Shown here piece by piece: positions 49,608-63,200 of a stretch of 64,000 nt of DNA. The position numbers and the translations under genes are program-made. The notes under the pieces are model-generated. The model was not told where the DNA came from. It was given only the letters and a program-made list of their open reading frames with translations, and did not search any database. The stretch comes from Pristiophorus japonicus (lineage: Eukaryota). Numbering within the stretch: the stretch's first letter is position 1; every line of letters starts with the position of its first letter. The stretch covers positions 26,784,001-26,848,000 of the forward strand of contig NC_091980.1 in NCBI RefSeq assembly GCF_044704955.1. The letters are read 5' to 3'.

Positions 49608-52600
49608 CATCATCAACATCATCATAGGAGGTCCCTCGGAATCGAGGAAGACTTGCTTCCACTCCTGAAGTTATTTCTGTTCAGCATCCCAGCATCCCTT
49701 GGGAGCACTGTACATAAGCCGGCCCCTAAGGCCTGTTCCTCATTCTGGAGTGCCTTATTAAAGACTGAGGTCACTGTTACTTTAACCTCCCTGGGTGCAG
49801 TCTCATCTGTGTTAGGAACACAATAACTGCGACGAGTATACAGATCCAACGCAAAGAGGCAGCAAACTGTGGGCATCCTGGAGAAGTTCTCGGAGGGTGA
49901 GGACTGGGAAGCCTATGTCGAACAGCTAGACCAGTACTTTGTAGCCAATGAGCTGGACGGAGAAGGAAGTGCTGCAAAAAGGAGAACGGTCTTCCTCGCA
50001 GTCTGCAGGGCACCGATCTACAGCCTCATGAAGAATCTTCTGGCTTCGGTGAAACCCACAGATAAGTCATATGAGGAGCTGTGTACACTGTTTTTGGAAA
50101 ATCTTAACCCGAGGGAGAGCGTGCTGATGGCGAGGTATCGGTTCTACACGTGCCAGCGATCTGAAGGTCAGGAAGTGGCGAGCTACGTCGCCGAGCTAAG
50201 GTGACTTGCAGGACAATGTGAGTTTGATGGCTACCTAGAGCAAATGCTCAGAGATTTTTTTGTACTGGGCATTGGCCACGAGTCTATCCTACGAAAACTT
50301 TTGACTGTAGAGACACCGACCCTCAGTAAGGCCATTGCGATAGCACAGCGTTTATGTCCACCAGTGATAATACCAAACAAATCTCACAGCACACAAGTGC
50401 TAGCAATGTTCATAAATTAACTGGAACTGTGTTGTGAGCAGAAATGTACAGGGCAGAAACCACGAGTCTGCAACTGCCAGCAGGTCTCAGGAGACCCAGA
50501 TGACTCAGAGTCAGCAACAAAGGATGAATGCAAGACAATTCACACCTTGTTGGCATTGTGGAGACTTCCATTCAGCCTATTCGTGTCGCTTCAAAGGGTA
50601 TGTTTGCAAGAGCTGTGAAACAATGGGGCACCTCCAATGAGCTTGCAAACGAGCTGCAAGCTCTGCAAAACCTGCTAACCACCACGTGGCAGAGGAAGAT
50701 CGGTCCATGGTGGATCAAAGCAATTTCGAGCCTCAGAGAGAGGAGGCAGATGCTGAAGTACACGGGGTGCACACATTTTCGATGAAATGTCCACCTATAA
50801 TGCTAAATGTAAAATTGAATGGCTTACCCGTAGCCATGGAATTGGACACTGGCGCTAGCCAATCCATCATGAGTAAAAAGATGTTTGAGAGGCTGTGGTG
50901 CAACAAGGCATTCAGACCAGCCCGGAGCCCCATCCACACGAAACTGAGAACATACACCAAAGAGCTTATCACTGTCCTGGGCAGCGCCATGATCAAGGTC
51001 ACCTACGAGGGCACGGTGCACGAACTGCCACTCTGGATTGTCCCGGGCGATGGCACCACACTGCTTGGAAAGAGCTGGCTGGGCAAAATCCGCTGGAACT
51101 GGGATGACATCCGAGCACTATCACATATTGATGAGGCCTCATGTACCCAGGTTCTTAACAAATTTCCTTCCCTTTTTGAGCCAGGCATTGGAAACTTTTC
51201 CGGAGCGAAGGTACAGATCCACTTGGTCCCAGAGGCACGACCTATTCACCACAAGGCACGAGCGGTACCTCACATGATGAGGGAGAGAGTGGAAATCGAG
51301 CTGGAGAAGCTGCAAAGCGAGGGCATCATATCCCCAGTGGAATTCAGCGAGTGGGCCAGCCTGATTGTTCCAGCAGATTTGCGGCGATTATAAAGTAACT
51401 ATTAATTGTTTCTCGCAACAGGACCAATACCCGCTTCCTCAGGCAGACGACCTAATTACGATGCTGGCAGGAGGCAAGACATTCACCAAGCTCGACCTGA
51501 CTTCGGCCTACATGACGCAGGAGCTGGAGGAGTCTTTGAAGGGCCTCACCTGCATCAACACGCACACGGGACTGTTCATCTACAACTGATGCCCATTCGG
51601 AATTTGGTCGGCTACAGCGATCTTCCAGAGAAACATGGAGAGCCTACTGAAGTCGGTACCATGCACGATGGTCTTTCAGGACGACATATTGGTCATGGGT
51701 CAGGACACCGTCGAGCACCTACAAAACCTGGAGGAGGTCCTCCAGCGACTGGATCGCGTAGGGCTGCGGCTGAAGAGGTCAAAATGCATCTTCATGGCAA
51801 CAGAAGTGGAGTTTTTGGGGAGAAAGATCGCGGCAGACGGCATTCGGCTCACAGACGCCAAGACAGAGGCTATCAGGAACGCGCGCAGGCCACAAAACGT
51901 CATGGAGCTGCAGTCGTTCCTGGGACTCCTCAACTATTTTGGTAACTTCCTACTGGGGTTAAGCACCCTCTTAGAGCCCCTGCATGTGTTATTGCATAAA
52001 GGTGAGAACTGGGTATGGGGAAAAAAACAAGCAATTGCTTTTGAGAAAGCCAGAAACATTTTATGCTCCAACAAGCTGCTTGTATTGTATAACCCGTGTA
52101 AAAGACTTGTGCTAGCATGTGACGCATCATCGTACGGAGTCGAGTGTGTATTACAACAAGCTAACGTTGCAGGAAAGTTGCAACCTGTCACCTATGTTTC
52201 CAGGAGCTTGTCTAAGGCCGAGAGGGCCGACAGCATGATTGAGAAAGAGGCATTAGCGTGTGTGTTCGGGGTCAAGAAAATGCATCAGTACCTGTTTGGC
52301 CTCAAATTTGAGCTGGAAACTGATCACAAGCCCCTCATATCCCTGTTCGCTGAAAACAAGGGGGTAAATACTAATGCCTCAGCCCGCATACAAAGGTGGG
52401 CACTCGCGCTATCAGCGTATAACTATACCATCTGCCACAGGCCAGGCACCGAGAACTGTGCGGATGCTCTCGGTCGGCTACCATTGCCCACCACGGGGGT
52501 GGACATGGCGCAGCCTGCAAACTTGTTGATGGTGGCGCAGCCCGCAGTCTTGTTGATGGTCATGGAAGCGTTTGAAAATGATAAATCACCTGTCACGGCC

Positions 52601-54267
52601 CGCCAGATTAGGACTTGGACCAGTGAAGATCCTCTGCTGTCCCTAGTAAAAAACTGTGTTCTGCACGGGAGCTGGGCCAGATCCCCATTGAAATGCAAGA
52701 GCTAATCAAGCCGTTACAGTGACGAAAGGATGAGCTGTGCATTCAGGCAGACTGCCTGGTAACCATGTCGTGCTACCAAAAAAAGGGCAGGGAGACGTTC
52801 ATCTCGGATCTCCACAGCACACACCCGGGAATAGTAATGATGAAAGCGATAGCCAGATCCCAAATGTGGTGGCCCGGTATCGACTCTGACTTAGAGTCCT
52901 GTGTACGGCAATGCAGCGTGTGTGCTCAGTTGAGCAATGCGCCCAGAGAGGCGCCACTAAGTTTGTGGTCCTGGCCCTCCAGACCATGGTCGAGGATCCA
53001 TGTCGACTATGCAGGCCCGTTTTTCGGTAAAATGTTCCTGGTGGTGGTGGATGCTTTTTCAAAATGGATTGAATGTGAAATAATGTCGGGAAGCACCGCC
53101 ACTGCCACCATTGAAAGCCTAAGGGCCTTGTTTGCCACCCATGGCCTGCCTGACATACTGGTCAGTGACAACGGGCCATGTTTCACCAGTGCCGAATTTA
53201 AAGAATTCATGACCCGCAATGGGATCAAACATGTCACCTCGGCCCCGTTTAAACCAGCCTCCAACAGGCAGGCAGAGCGGGCAGTACAAACCATCAAACA
53301 GAGCCTCAAATGAGTCACAGAAAGCTCACTCCAAACTCGCCTATCGTTAGTACTGTTCAGCTACCGCACGAGACCCCACTCGCTCACAGTGGTGCCCCCG
53401 GCTGAGCTACTCATAAAAAGGACACTTAAAACCAGACTCTCACAGGTTCCCCCCAACCTGCATGATCAGGTAAAGAGCAGGCGGCAGCATCAAAATATAA
53501 ATGATGGTCGCGCCACTGTGTCACGGGAAATTGATCTGAATGACCTTGTATATGTGCTAAACTACGGACATGGTCCCAAGTGGATCGCGGGCACGGTGAT
53601 AGCTAAAGAAGGGAGTAGGGTGTTTGTAGTCAAACTGGACAATGGACAAATTTGCAGAAAGCACCTGGACCAAACGAGGCTGCGGTTCACAGACTGCCCT
53701 GAACAACCCACAGCAGACACCACCTTTTTTGAGCCCACAACACACACCCAAAGGATCAACGATACCATGCCAGACCAGGAAATTGAACCCATTATGCCCA
53801 ACAGCCCAACAAGGCCAGGCTCACCTAGCAGCCCTGCAAGGCCAACAACACGCCAGCCCAGCGAGGGCACAGCCAACACACCAGAACAGACATTTGTACC
53901 GAGGCTGTCCACCAGGGAAAGAAAGGCTCCCGACCGCCCCACCTTGTAAATAGTTTTCACTTTGACTTTGTGCATGATGTTGTGCATCTGTAAAGCATGC
54001 ACTCCCATGTTCCGCCACCAGGGAGCTCATCCCCTGAAGTCCCAAGGGATCCCAGCATCCCTTGGGAGCACTGTATATAAGCCGGCCCCTAAGGCCTATT
54101 CCTCACTCTGGAGTGTCTTATTAAAGACTGAGGTCACTTACTTTAACCTACCTGTGTGCAGTCTCATCTGTGTTAGGAACACGATAAGTTCTTTGGTGGC
54201 TGTACAGTCCAGTACGAGAGCCACAGACTCTGTCACAGATGAGACAGACAGTCGTTGAGGGAAGTGG
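49608..54267 (-). mobile_element. Short RTE 3' end (49608-49677 + 54187-54267) split by a Gypsy; 10-bp TSD
   Basis: TSD tgaggatagt at 49598-49607 and 54268-54277; (CAT)n tail. Confidence 0.8.
49678..54186 (+). mobile_element. Full-length decayed Ty3/Gypsy (Mag-like) element; LTRs 49678-49825 (deleted) and 53978-54186
   Basis: Shared LTR sequence atcccagcatcccttgggagcactg...ggaacac, PBS tgcgacgag, TSD atttc/agttc. Gag, ELDTGASQS, FQDDILV, ACDASSYG, IN with HHCC, HVDYAGP, VSDNGP and QAERAV. Confidence 0.95.
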
Positions 54268-54361
54268 TGAGGATAGTAATAGGCGTCAGGATGACATCAA
54301 CAGGATGATGAAATAGACAGGAGCATGGCAGGTAGAGTTCAAAGTGGAGAAGTGTGAAGAG

Positions 54362-54650
54362 TGTCGGCGGCAGTCGGGAGCAGCGTCGGAGGTGTGTGGA
54401 GAGGTCTATAAAAGGCACAGCAGGGAGCCCGGGGCCTAGCGCGGCGGCAGTCGGGAGCAGCGTCGGAGGTGCGTGGAGAGGCCTATAAAAGGCACAGCAG
54501 GGAGCCCGGGGCCTAGCGTCGGCGGCAGTCGGGAGCAGCGTTGGAAGTGCGTGGAGAGGCCATTAAAGGCAAAGCAGGGAGTCCGGGGCCTAGCGCGGCG
54601 GCAGTCGGGAGCAGCGTCGAGGAGATGCGTGGAGAGGCCTATAAAAGGCG
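54362..54650 (+). repeat. ~77-bp GC-rich tandem monomers (about 3.7 copies), each with a TATA-like box
   Basis: gtcgggagcagcg recurs at 54373, 54450, 54528 and 54604. TATAAAAGGC in three units, cattaaaggc in one. Confidence 0.9.
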
Positions 54651-57600
54651 AGCCGGTGCAGCTACAGGCAGAAGGCAAAAAAGAAGTAGAAAGAAACAGA
54701 AAGGTGATGTCACAGCCAAGGGGGTAAGTGATTGGCTGGTGATTGGTGAGTAGGTTTTCTTTATTCTCTTCTATAACAGTGAGTAAACTTTAGCATTGTT
54801 GTTGCTTAACTAAGGGTTAAGTCATGGCAGGACAGCTCGGTCACGTGTTATGCTCCTCCTGTACCATGTGGGAAGTCAGGGACGACTCCAGTGTTCCTGA
54901 CAACTGCATGTGCGGGACGAGTATCCACCTCCAGCTCCTGACGGACCGCGTTGCGGAGTTGGAGCTGAGGGTGGATTCACTCTGGAGCATCCCATGATGC
55001 TGAGAATGACGTGAGTAGCACGTGTAGCGAGTTGGTCATACCGCAGGCAAAGGGTCCACAGCCAAATAGGGAATGGAAGACCAGCAGGAAGAGCAGTGCA
55101 ATGAAGGTAGTGCAGGGGTCCCCTGTGGTCATCCCCCTGCAAAACAGATACACTGCTTTGAGTACTGTTGAGGGGGATGACTCATCAGGCACCGTGGCTG
55201 CCTCTGTTGCACAGGAGGGCAGGAAAAAGAGTGGGAGAGCGATAGTTATAGGGGATTCAATTGTAAGGGGAATAGATAGGCATTTCTGCGGCCGCAACCG
55301 AGACTCCAGAATGGTATGTTGCCTCCCTGGTGCAAGGGTCAAGGATGTCTCGGAGCGGGTGCAGGACATTCTAAAAAGGGAGGGAGAACAGCCAGTTGTC
55401 GTGGTGCACATTGGTACCAACGACATAGGTAAAAAAAAGGGATGAGGTCCTACGAAACAAATTTAAGGAGCTAGGAGCTAAATTAAAAAGTAGGACCTCA
55501 AAAGTAGTAATCTCGGGATTGCTACCAGCGCCACGTGCGAGTCAGAGTAGGAATCGCAGGATAGCGCAGATGAATACGTGGCTTGAGCAGTGGTGCAGCA
55601 GGGAGGGATTCAAATTCCTGGGGCATTGGAACCAGTTCTGGGGGAGGTGGGACGAGTACAAACCGGACGGTCTGCACCTGGGCAGGGCCGGAACTAATGT
55701 CCTAGGGGGAGTGTTTGCTAGTGCTGTTGGGTAGGAGTTAAACTAATATGGCAGGGGGATGGGAACCAATGCAGGGAGACAGAGGGAAACAAAAAGGAGA
55801 CAAAAGCAAAAGACAGAAAGGAGATGAGGAAAAGTGGAGGGCAGAGAAACCCAAGGCAAAGAACAAAAAGGGCCACTGTACAGCAAAATTCTAAAAGGAC
55901 AAAGGGTGTTAAAAAAACAAGCCTGAAGGCTTTGTGTCTTAATGCAAGGAGTATCCGTAATAAGGTGGATCAATTAACTGTGCAAATAGATGTTAACAAA
56001 TATGATGTGATTGGGATCACAGAGACGTAGCTCCAGGATGATCAGGGCTGGGAACTCAACATCCAGGGGTATTCAACATTCAGGAAGGATAGAATAAAAG
56101 GAAAAGGAGGTGGGGTAGCATTGCTGGTTAAGGAGAAGATTAATGCAATAGTTAGGAAGGACATTAGCTTGGATGATGTGGAATCTATATGGGTAGAGCT
56201 GCAGAACACCAAAGGGCAAAAACCGTTAGTGGGAGTTGTGTACAGACCTCCAAATAGTAGTAGTGATGCTGGGGAGGGCATCAAACAGGAAATTAGGGGT
56301 GCATGCAATAAGGGTGCAGCAGTTATAATGGATGACTTTAATATGCACATAGATTGGGCTAACCAAACTGGAAGCAATACGGTGAAGTAGGATTTCCTGG
56401 AGTGCATAAGGGATGGTTTTCTAGACCAATATGTCGAGGAACCAACTCGCGGGGAGGCCATCTTAGACTGGGTGTCGTGTAATGAGAGAGGATTAATTAG
56501 CAATCTCGTTGTGCGAGGCCCCTTGGGGAAGAGTGACCATAATATGGTGGAATTCTGCATTAGGATGGAGAATGATACAGTTAATTCAGAGACCATTGTC
56601 CAGAAGTTAAAGAAGGGTAACTTTGAAGGTATGAGGCGTGAATTGGCTAGGATAGATTGGCGAATGATACTTAAGGGGTTGACTGTGGATGGGCAATGGC
56701 AGACATTTAGAGACCGCATGGATGAACTACAACAATTGTACATTCCTGTCTGGCGTAAAAATAAAAAAGGGAAGGTGGCTCAACCGTGGCTATCAAGGGA
56801 AATCAGGGATAGTATTAAAGCCAAGGAAGTGGCATACAAATTGGCCAGAAATAGCAGCAAACACGGGGACTGGGAGAAATTTAGAACTCAGCAGAGGAGG
56901 ACAAATGGTTTGATTAGGGCAGGGAAAATGGAGTACGAGAAGAAGCTTGCAGGGAACATTAAGACGGATTGCAAAAGTTTCTATAGATATGTAAAGAGGA
57001 AAAGGTTGGTAAAGATAAACATAGGTCCCCTGCAGTCAGAATCAGGGGAAGTCATAACGGGGAACAAAGAAATGGCAGACCAATTGAACAAGTACTTTGG
57101 TTCAGTATTCACTAAGGAGGACACAAACAACCTTCCGGATATAAAAGGGGTCAGAGGGTCTAGTAAGGAGGAGGAACTGAGGGAAATCCTTATTAGTCGG
57201 GAAATTGTGTTGGGGAAATTGATGGGATTGAAGGCCGATAAAACCCCAGGGCCTGATGGACTGCATCCCAGAGTACTTAAGGAGGTGGCCTTGGAAATAG
57301 CGGATGCATTGACAGTCATTTTCCAACATTCCATTGACTCTGGATCAGTTCCTATCGAGTGGAGGGTAGCCAATGTAACCCCACTTTTTAAAAAAGGAGG
57401 GAGAGAGAAAACAGGGAATTATAGACCGGTCAGCCTGACATCGGTAGTGGGTAAAATGATGGAATCAATTATTAACGATTTCATAGCAGCGCATTTGGAA
57501 AGAGGTGACATGATAGGTCCAAGTCAGCATGGATTTGTGAAAGGGAAATCATGCTTGACAAATCTTCTGGAATTTTTTGAGGATGTTTCCAGTAGAGTGG

Positions 57601-58785
57601 ACAAGGAAGAACCAGTTGATGTGGTATATTTGGACTTTCAGAAGGCTTTCGACAAGGTCCCACACAAGAGATTAATGTGCAAAGTTAAAGCACATGGGAT
57701 TGGGAGTAGTGTGCTGACATGGATTGAGAACTGGTTGTCAGACAGGAAGCAAAGAGTAGGAGTAAATGGGTACTTTTCAGAATGGCAGGCAGTGACTAGT
57801 GGGGTACCGCAAGGTTCTGTGCTGGGGCCCCAGCTGTTTACACTGTACATTAATGAATTAAACGAGGGGATTAAATGTAGTATCTCTAAATTTGCGGATG
57901 ACACTAAGTTGGGTGGCAGTGTGAGCTGCGAGGAGGATGCTATGAGGCTGCAGAGCGACTTGGATAGGTTAGGTGAGGTTATCCACTTTGGTGGTAAAAA
58001 CAGAGAGACAGACTATTATCTGAATGGTGAAAGATTAGGAAAAGGAGAGATGCAACGAGACCTGGGTGTCATGGTACATCAGTCATTGAAGTTTGGCATG
58101 CAGGTACAGCAGGCGGTTAAGAAAGCAAATGGCATGTTGGCCTTCATAGCGAGGGGATTTGAGTACAGGGGCAGGGAGGTGTTGCTACAGTTGTACAGGG
58201 CCTTGGTGAGGCCACACCTGGAGTATTGTGCACAGTTTTGGTCTCCTAACCTGAGGAAGGACATTCTTGCTATTGAGGGAGCGCAGCGAAGGTTCACCAG
58301 ACTGATTCCCGGGATAGCAGGACTGACCTATCAAGAAAGACTGGATCAACTGGGCTTGTATTCACTGGAGTTCAGAAGAATGAGAGGGGACCTCATAGAA
58401 ACATTTAAAATTCTGATGGGTTTAGACAGGTTAGATGCAGGAAGAATGTTCCCAATGTTGGGGAAGTCCAGAACCAGGGGTCACAGTCTAAGAATAAGGG
58501 GTAAGCCATTTAGGACCGAGATGAGGAGAAACTTCTTCACCCAGAGAGTGGTGAACCTGTGGAATTCTCTACCACAGAAAGTTGTTGAGGCCAATTCACT
58601 AACTATATTCAAAAAGGAGTTAGATGAAGTCCTTACTACTAGGGGGATCAAGAGTATGGTGAGAAAGCAGGAATGGGGTACTGAAGTTGCATGTTCAGCC
58701 ATGAACTCATTGAATGGCGGTGCAGGCTCGAAGGGCCGAATGGCCTACTCCTGCACCTATTTTCTATGTTTCTATGTTTCTATGA
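54362..58785 (+). mobile_element. Near full-length CR1 LINE: tandem 5' monomers, ORF1 (Zn-finger + SGNH esterase, ~54823-55735) and ORF2 (EN-RT, ~55740-58700), with stops
   Basis: ORF1 IGDSIVRG...CLPGA...HIGTND...DGLHL. ORF2 EN (LNARSI, ITET, VYRPP) and the 790-aa ORF 56472-58844 with KFADDTK. Tail (ctatgttt)n. Confidence 0.95.
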
Positions 58786-58810
58786 TGCACTTTGTGAGGA
58801 CTAATAATGT

Positions 58811-60160
58811 AAATCATAGAATCATAAAACCATATAAATTATGATACAGAAGGAGAGCATTTGGCCGCTCGTGTCCGTGTCAGTCGAAAAAGAGCTACCC
58901 AACCTAATCCCACTTTCCATCACTAGGTCCATAGCTCTGTAGATCACGGCTCTTTAAATGCATATCCAAGTACTTTTAAAATATTATGAGTATTTCTGCC
59001 TCTACCACCCTTTCAGGCAGTGAGCTCCAGACTCCCACCATCCTCTGAGTGAAAATATTTGTCCTCTGCTCCCCGCTAATCCTTCTACCAAATACTTTAA
59101 ATCTATGCCACCTGGTTATTGACCCCTCTGCTCAGAGAAATAAGTCCTTTGCATCCACTCTATCTCGGATCCTCATAATTTTATACACCTCAATTAAATC
59201 TCCCCTCAACCTCCTCTGTTCCAAAGAAAACAACCCCAGCCTATCCAATCATTCTTCATAGCTAAAATGTTTCAGTCCAGGCAACGTCCTCGTAAATCTC
59301 CTCTGCACCCTCTCTAGTGCAATCACATCTTTCCTGTAATGTGGTGACCAGAACTCTATGCAGTACTCTAGCGGTGGCCTAACTAGTGTTGTATACAATT
59401 CTAGCATAACTCCCTTGCTTTATATTCTAGGCCACAGCTAATAAAGGAAGACATTCAGTCTGCCTTTTTAGCTACCTTATCGATCTGTCCTGCTGCATTT
59501 AAGTCTCAGTGGACATACACTCCAAGGTCCCTCTGACCCTCCGCACCTCTCAGTATCCTTCCATTTATTCTGTATTCCCTTACCTTGTTGCCCCTCCCCA
59601 AATACATTATCTCACACTTTTACGGATTGAATTCCATTTTCTACTTTTCTGCTCAACTGACCAGTTCATCGAAATCTTCCTGCAGTGTAAAGCTTTCCTC
59701 CTCGCTCTCAGCCACACAGCCAATTTTTGTATCATCTGCAAATTTCTTTATCGTGCATCTAACATTTAACTTTAAATCATTAATATATACTACGAAAAGC
59801 AAGGGACCGAGTACTGAGCCCTGTGGAACTCCGCTGGAAACAACCTTCCAGTCTCAAAAATACCCATCAACCATTACCCTTTGCTTCCTGTCATTGAGCC
59901 AATTTTGGATTCAATTTGCCACTCTCCCTTGGATGCCATGGGCTTTTACTTTTTTGATCAGCCTGTTATGTGGGACCTTGTAAAAAGCCTTGCTAAAATC
60001 CATGCAGACTACATCAAATGCATTGCTCTCATTGACCCTCCTTATTACCTCCTCGAAAAATTCAATCAAATTAATCAGACACAACCTTCACTTAACAAAT
60101 CCGTGCTGACTGCCCTTGATTAATCCGTGTCTTTCTAAGTGAAGATTTATTCTGCCCTCT
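58811..60160 (-). mobile_element. CR1 RT-to-3' fragment
   Basis: Reverse complement of CR1 RT motifs (GVPQGSVLGP, FADDTK); tail at 58811-58835. Confidence 0.85.
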
Positions 60161-60251
60161 GGTGAGTGGGTCAATAACTGGAAGTCAGAGATTCAAAATC
60201 GTTGGCAAAAGATCTAGAGGGGAGATAAAGAGAATAGTTCTAACTCCGAGC

Positions 60252-63200
60252 TGTCATGTTTGTAACCTTCACATAACTGTAACCTTTATGTAACAACACT
60301 GTACACTGTCTACATCTGGGAAATACACACCTTGACCACAGGGGTTGAACTTGTGGGAGACACTCCTCACCTGGTCATCCAGGTATATAAAGGGAGGTCC
60401 CACTCAGGGTCATCACTTCTTGGTCCTGTGAATAAAGGTACAGGTCACAGAGTGACCTTGTCTCTCGTGTTCATTTGCTGTCGTGTGTAAGGACACAACA
60501 TTTGGCGACGCGAAACTGGAATTAATGACTCAAGAGAATGGCCACCAGTAGCACGGAGGAACGGGACTGTGAGGGTAAGGACTGGGACAATTTCATTGAG
60601 AGGTTCCAGCAGAGCTTTGTCATGAAGGACTGGCTGGGAGCAGCAGCAGCTGACAAGCGAAGGGCGCATCTACTGACCAGCTGTGGACCTAAGACGTACG
60701 CGCTGATGAAAGACCTGCTCGCACCCGAGAAGCCGGCGGACAAGACCTTTGAGGAGCTCAGCAAACTGATCGGTGAGCACCTCAAAGCGGCGAGTAGTAT
60801 ATACATTAGCCCGACACCGATTCTATACGCACCGACGTCGGGAAGGGCAGAGCATACCGAACTTCATTGCGGACCTTCGGCGCTTGGCCAGCCTCTGTAA
60901 GTTCACAGACGCCTGGAGGGGGGAGATGTTATGGGATTTCTTCATTGAGGGCATTGGTCATGCCGATATTTTTAGGAAGCTAATTGAGACCAAGGACTTG
61001 AGCTTGGAAGCAGCGGCGTTGATGGCTCAAACCTTCATGGCGGGGGAGGAGGAAACCAAGATCATATATGCGCGCAACTCTGCTGCCAACGTGGCGATGG
61101 AGCAGGGAGTTAACATGGTAAACGCGACTCAGAACCCCGCAGGCAGGCAAGGGCAATTCGACACCAACCAGGCAGTAACAGACTCTAGGGTGGGTCCTCA
61201 ACAGAGACAATGGCAGGTTGAACGGACATTTACACCATCACAAGGGACAATACGTCCCGGGATGGGACCATTGACATCCACAAACAGCGTGCTCAAGAGT
61301 AATCAAAGAGACAATCAGAGAGGAATGCCTGGTAAAAGCTTTTTTGTTCACAACAATCTCAGCTCATGCTGGAGGTGTGGGGGCAAACATGCTGCGAAGA
61401 CCTGCCGGTTTCAACAATTCATCTGCAGAAATTGTAACTTGACTGGACATTTAGCCAGGATGTGCAGGAAGCCCACAGTGAGGCTGGTTTACAAAGTGGA
61501 TGAACCACAAGAGGGGTCTGCAAGGCAAGGGTATGCCTGGGACACAGCAATGGACGCTGAAGTTCAGCAGGTCCAGGTGGCAAACATCCACAGCTCATAC
61601 ACAAAGACGCCACCTATGATGCTGAGAGTACTGTTAAACGGCATCCCGGTACGCATGGAGCTGGACACAGAAGCCAGCCAGTCACTTATGAGTGTCCAAC
61701 AATTCAAGAAACTGTGGCCACTCAGAGCTAGCAGACCCAAACTAGAACGCATTGACACGCAATTACGGACGTACACCAAAGAGATCATCCCAGTGCTAGG
61801 CAGTGCAATGTTGGTGGTCACACATAATGGATCTCGGAACTGGCTGCCATTCTGGATTGTCCCGGGAAATGGTCCCGCGCTTTTGGGGAGGAGCTGGCTA
61901 GCCGAGATGAACTGGAAATTGGGGGATCTGTACGCCATTTCATCTGCGGAGCGAAGTTCATGCTCACAGGTCCCACAAAAGTTGAGTCATTATTTCAGCC
62001 TGGCGTCAGGACTTTCAAAGGCACCAAAGTAAGGATATGCATCACCCCGGACACCACATCAGTGCACCACAAAGCCAGAACTGTGCTGTATGTGATGCGG
62101 GAGAAAATTGAGAGTGAGCTGGACAGGTTGCTAAGAGAGGGCATAATTTCACCCGTTGAATTCAGCGACTGGGCAAGTCCCATTATCCCTGTTCTAAAAA
62201 CGGATGGCTCGGTCAGGATCTGTGGCGACTACAAGGCCACCATCAACCGAGTGTACCTTCAGGACCAATATCCGCTTCCGAGAACGGAGGATCTTTTGCC
62301 ACATTGGCAGGCGGCAAGCTGTTCACCAAGTTGGACCTCACTTCGGCCTACATGACCCAGGAACTGGCCGAGAATCCAAGCTACTGACCACCATCACCAC
62401 GCACAAGGGGCTGTTTGTTTACAACAGGTGTCCATTTGGCATTCATTCAGCAGCCGCTATCTTTCAGAGGAACATGGAAAGCCTGCTCAAATCAATCCCC
62501 GGAACAATTGTATTTCAGGACGACATCCTTATAATGGGTCGAGACACCGAGGAACACCTCCACAACCTGGAGGAGGTGCTACGCCGACTGGACCGGGTAG
62601 GCCTGCGACTAAAGAAGTCCAAGTGTGTGTTTTGTCCCCAGAGGTCGAGTTTTTGGGCAGGAGGGTTGCCGCAGACAGGATCCGGCCTACCGAATCCAAA
62701 ACGGAGGCGATCCGTCGCGCACCCAGGCCCGGCAACACATCGGAGTTGCGTTCATTTCTGGGACTATTGAACTATTTCGGGAACTTTCTACCGAACTTAA
62801 GTACATTGCTGGAGCCGCTACACATGCTCCACCGTGTCAGGGGACTGTCAGGAACGGGCTTTCAATCGGTCGCGGAACCTGCTTTGTTCTAATAAGTTAT
62901 TTACCTTGTACAACCTCTAAGAAATTGGTTTTGACATGCGATGCATCATCCTATGGGGTTGGATGCGTGCTGCAGCAGAGTAATGATGAGGGCCAACTCC
63001 AACCTGTGGCTTATGCCTCCAGGTCGCTCTCCCAAGTAGAAAGGGGATATGGGATGGTTGAAAAGGAAGCACTTGCATGTGTCTACGGGGTGAAGAAGAT
63101 GCATCAGTACCTTTTTGGCAGAAGGTTCGAGTTAGAAATGACCACAAGCCGTTAACATCCCTGTTGTCCAACAGCAAAGCTGTCATTGCCAATGCGTCAG

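Noticed and set aside
56472-58844. 790-aa ORF as an active retrotransposon or host gene
   Set aside because: CR1 ORF2 with upstream in-frame stops (~56028, ~56388), a small deletion after the RT core and a frameshifted ORF1.
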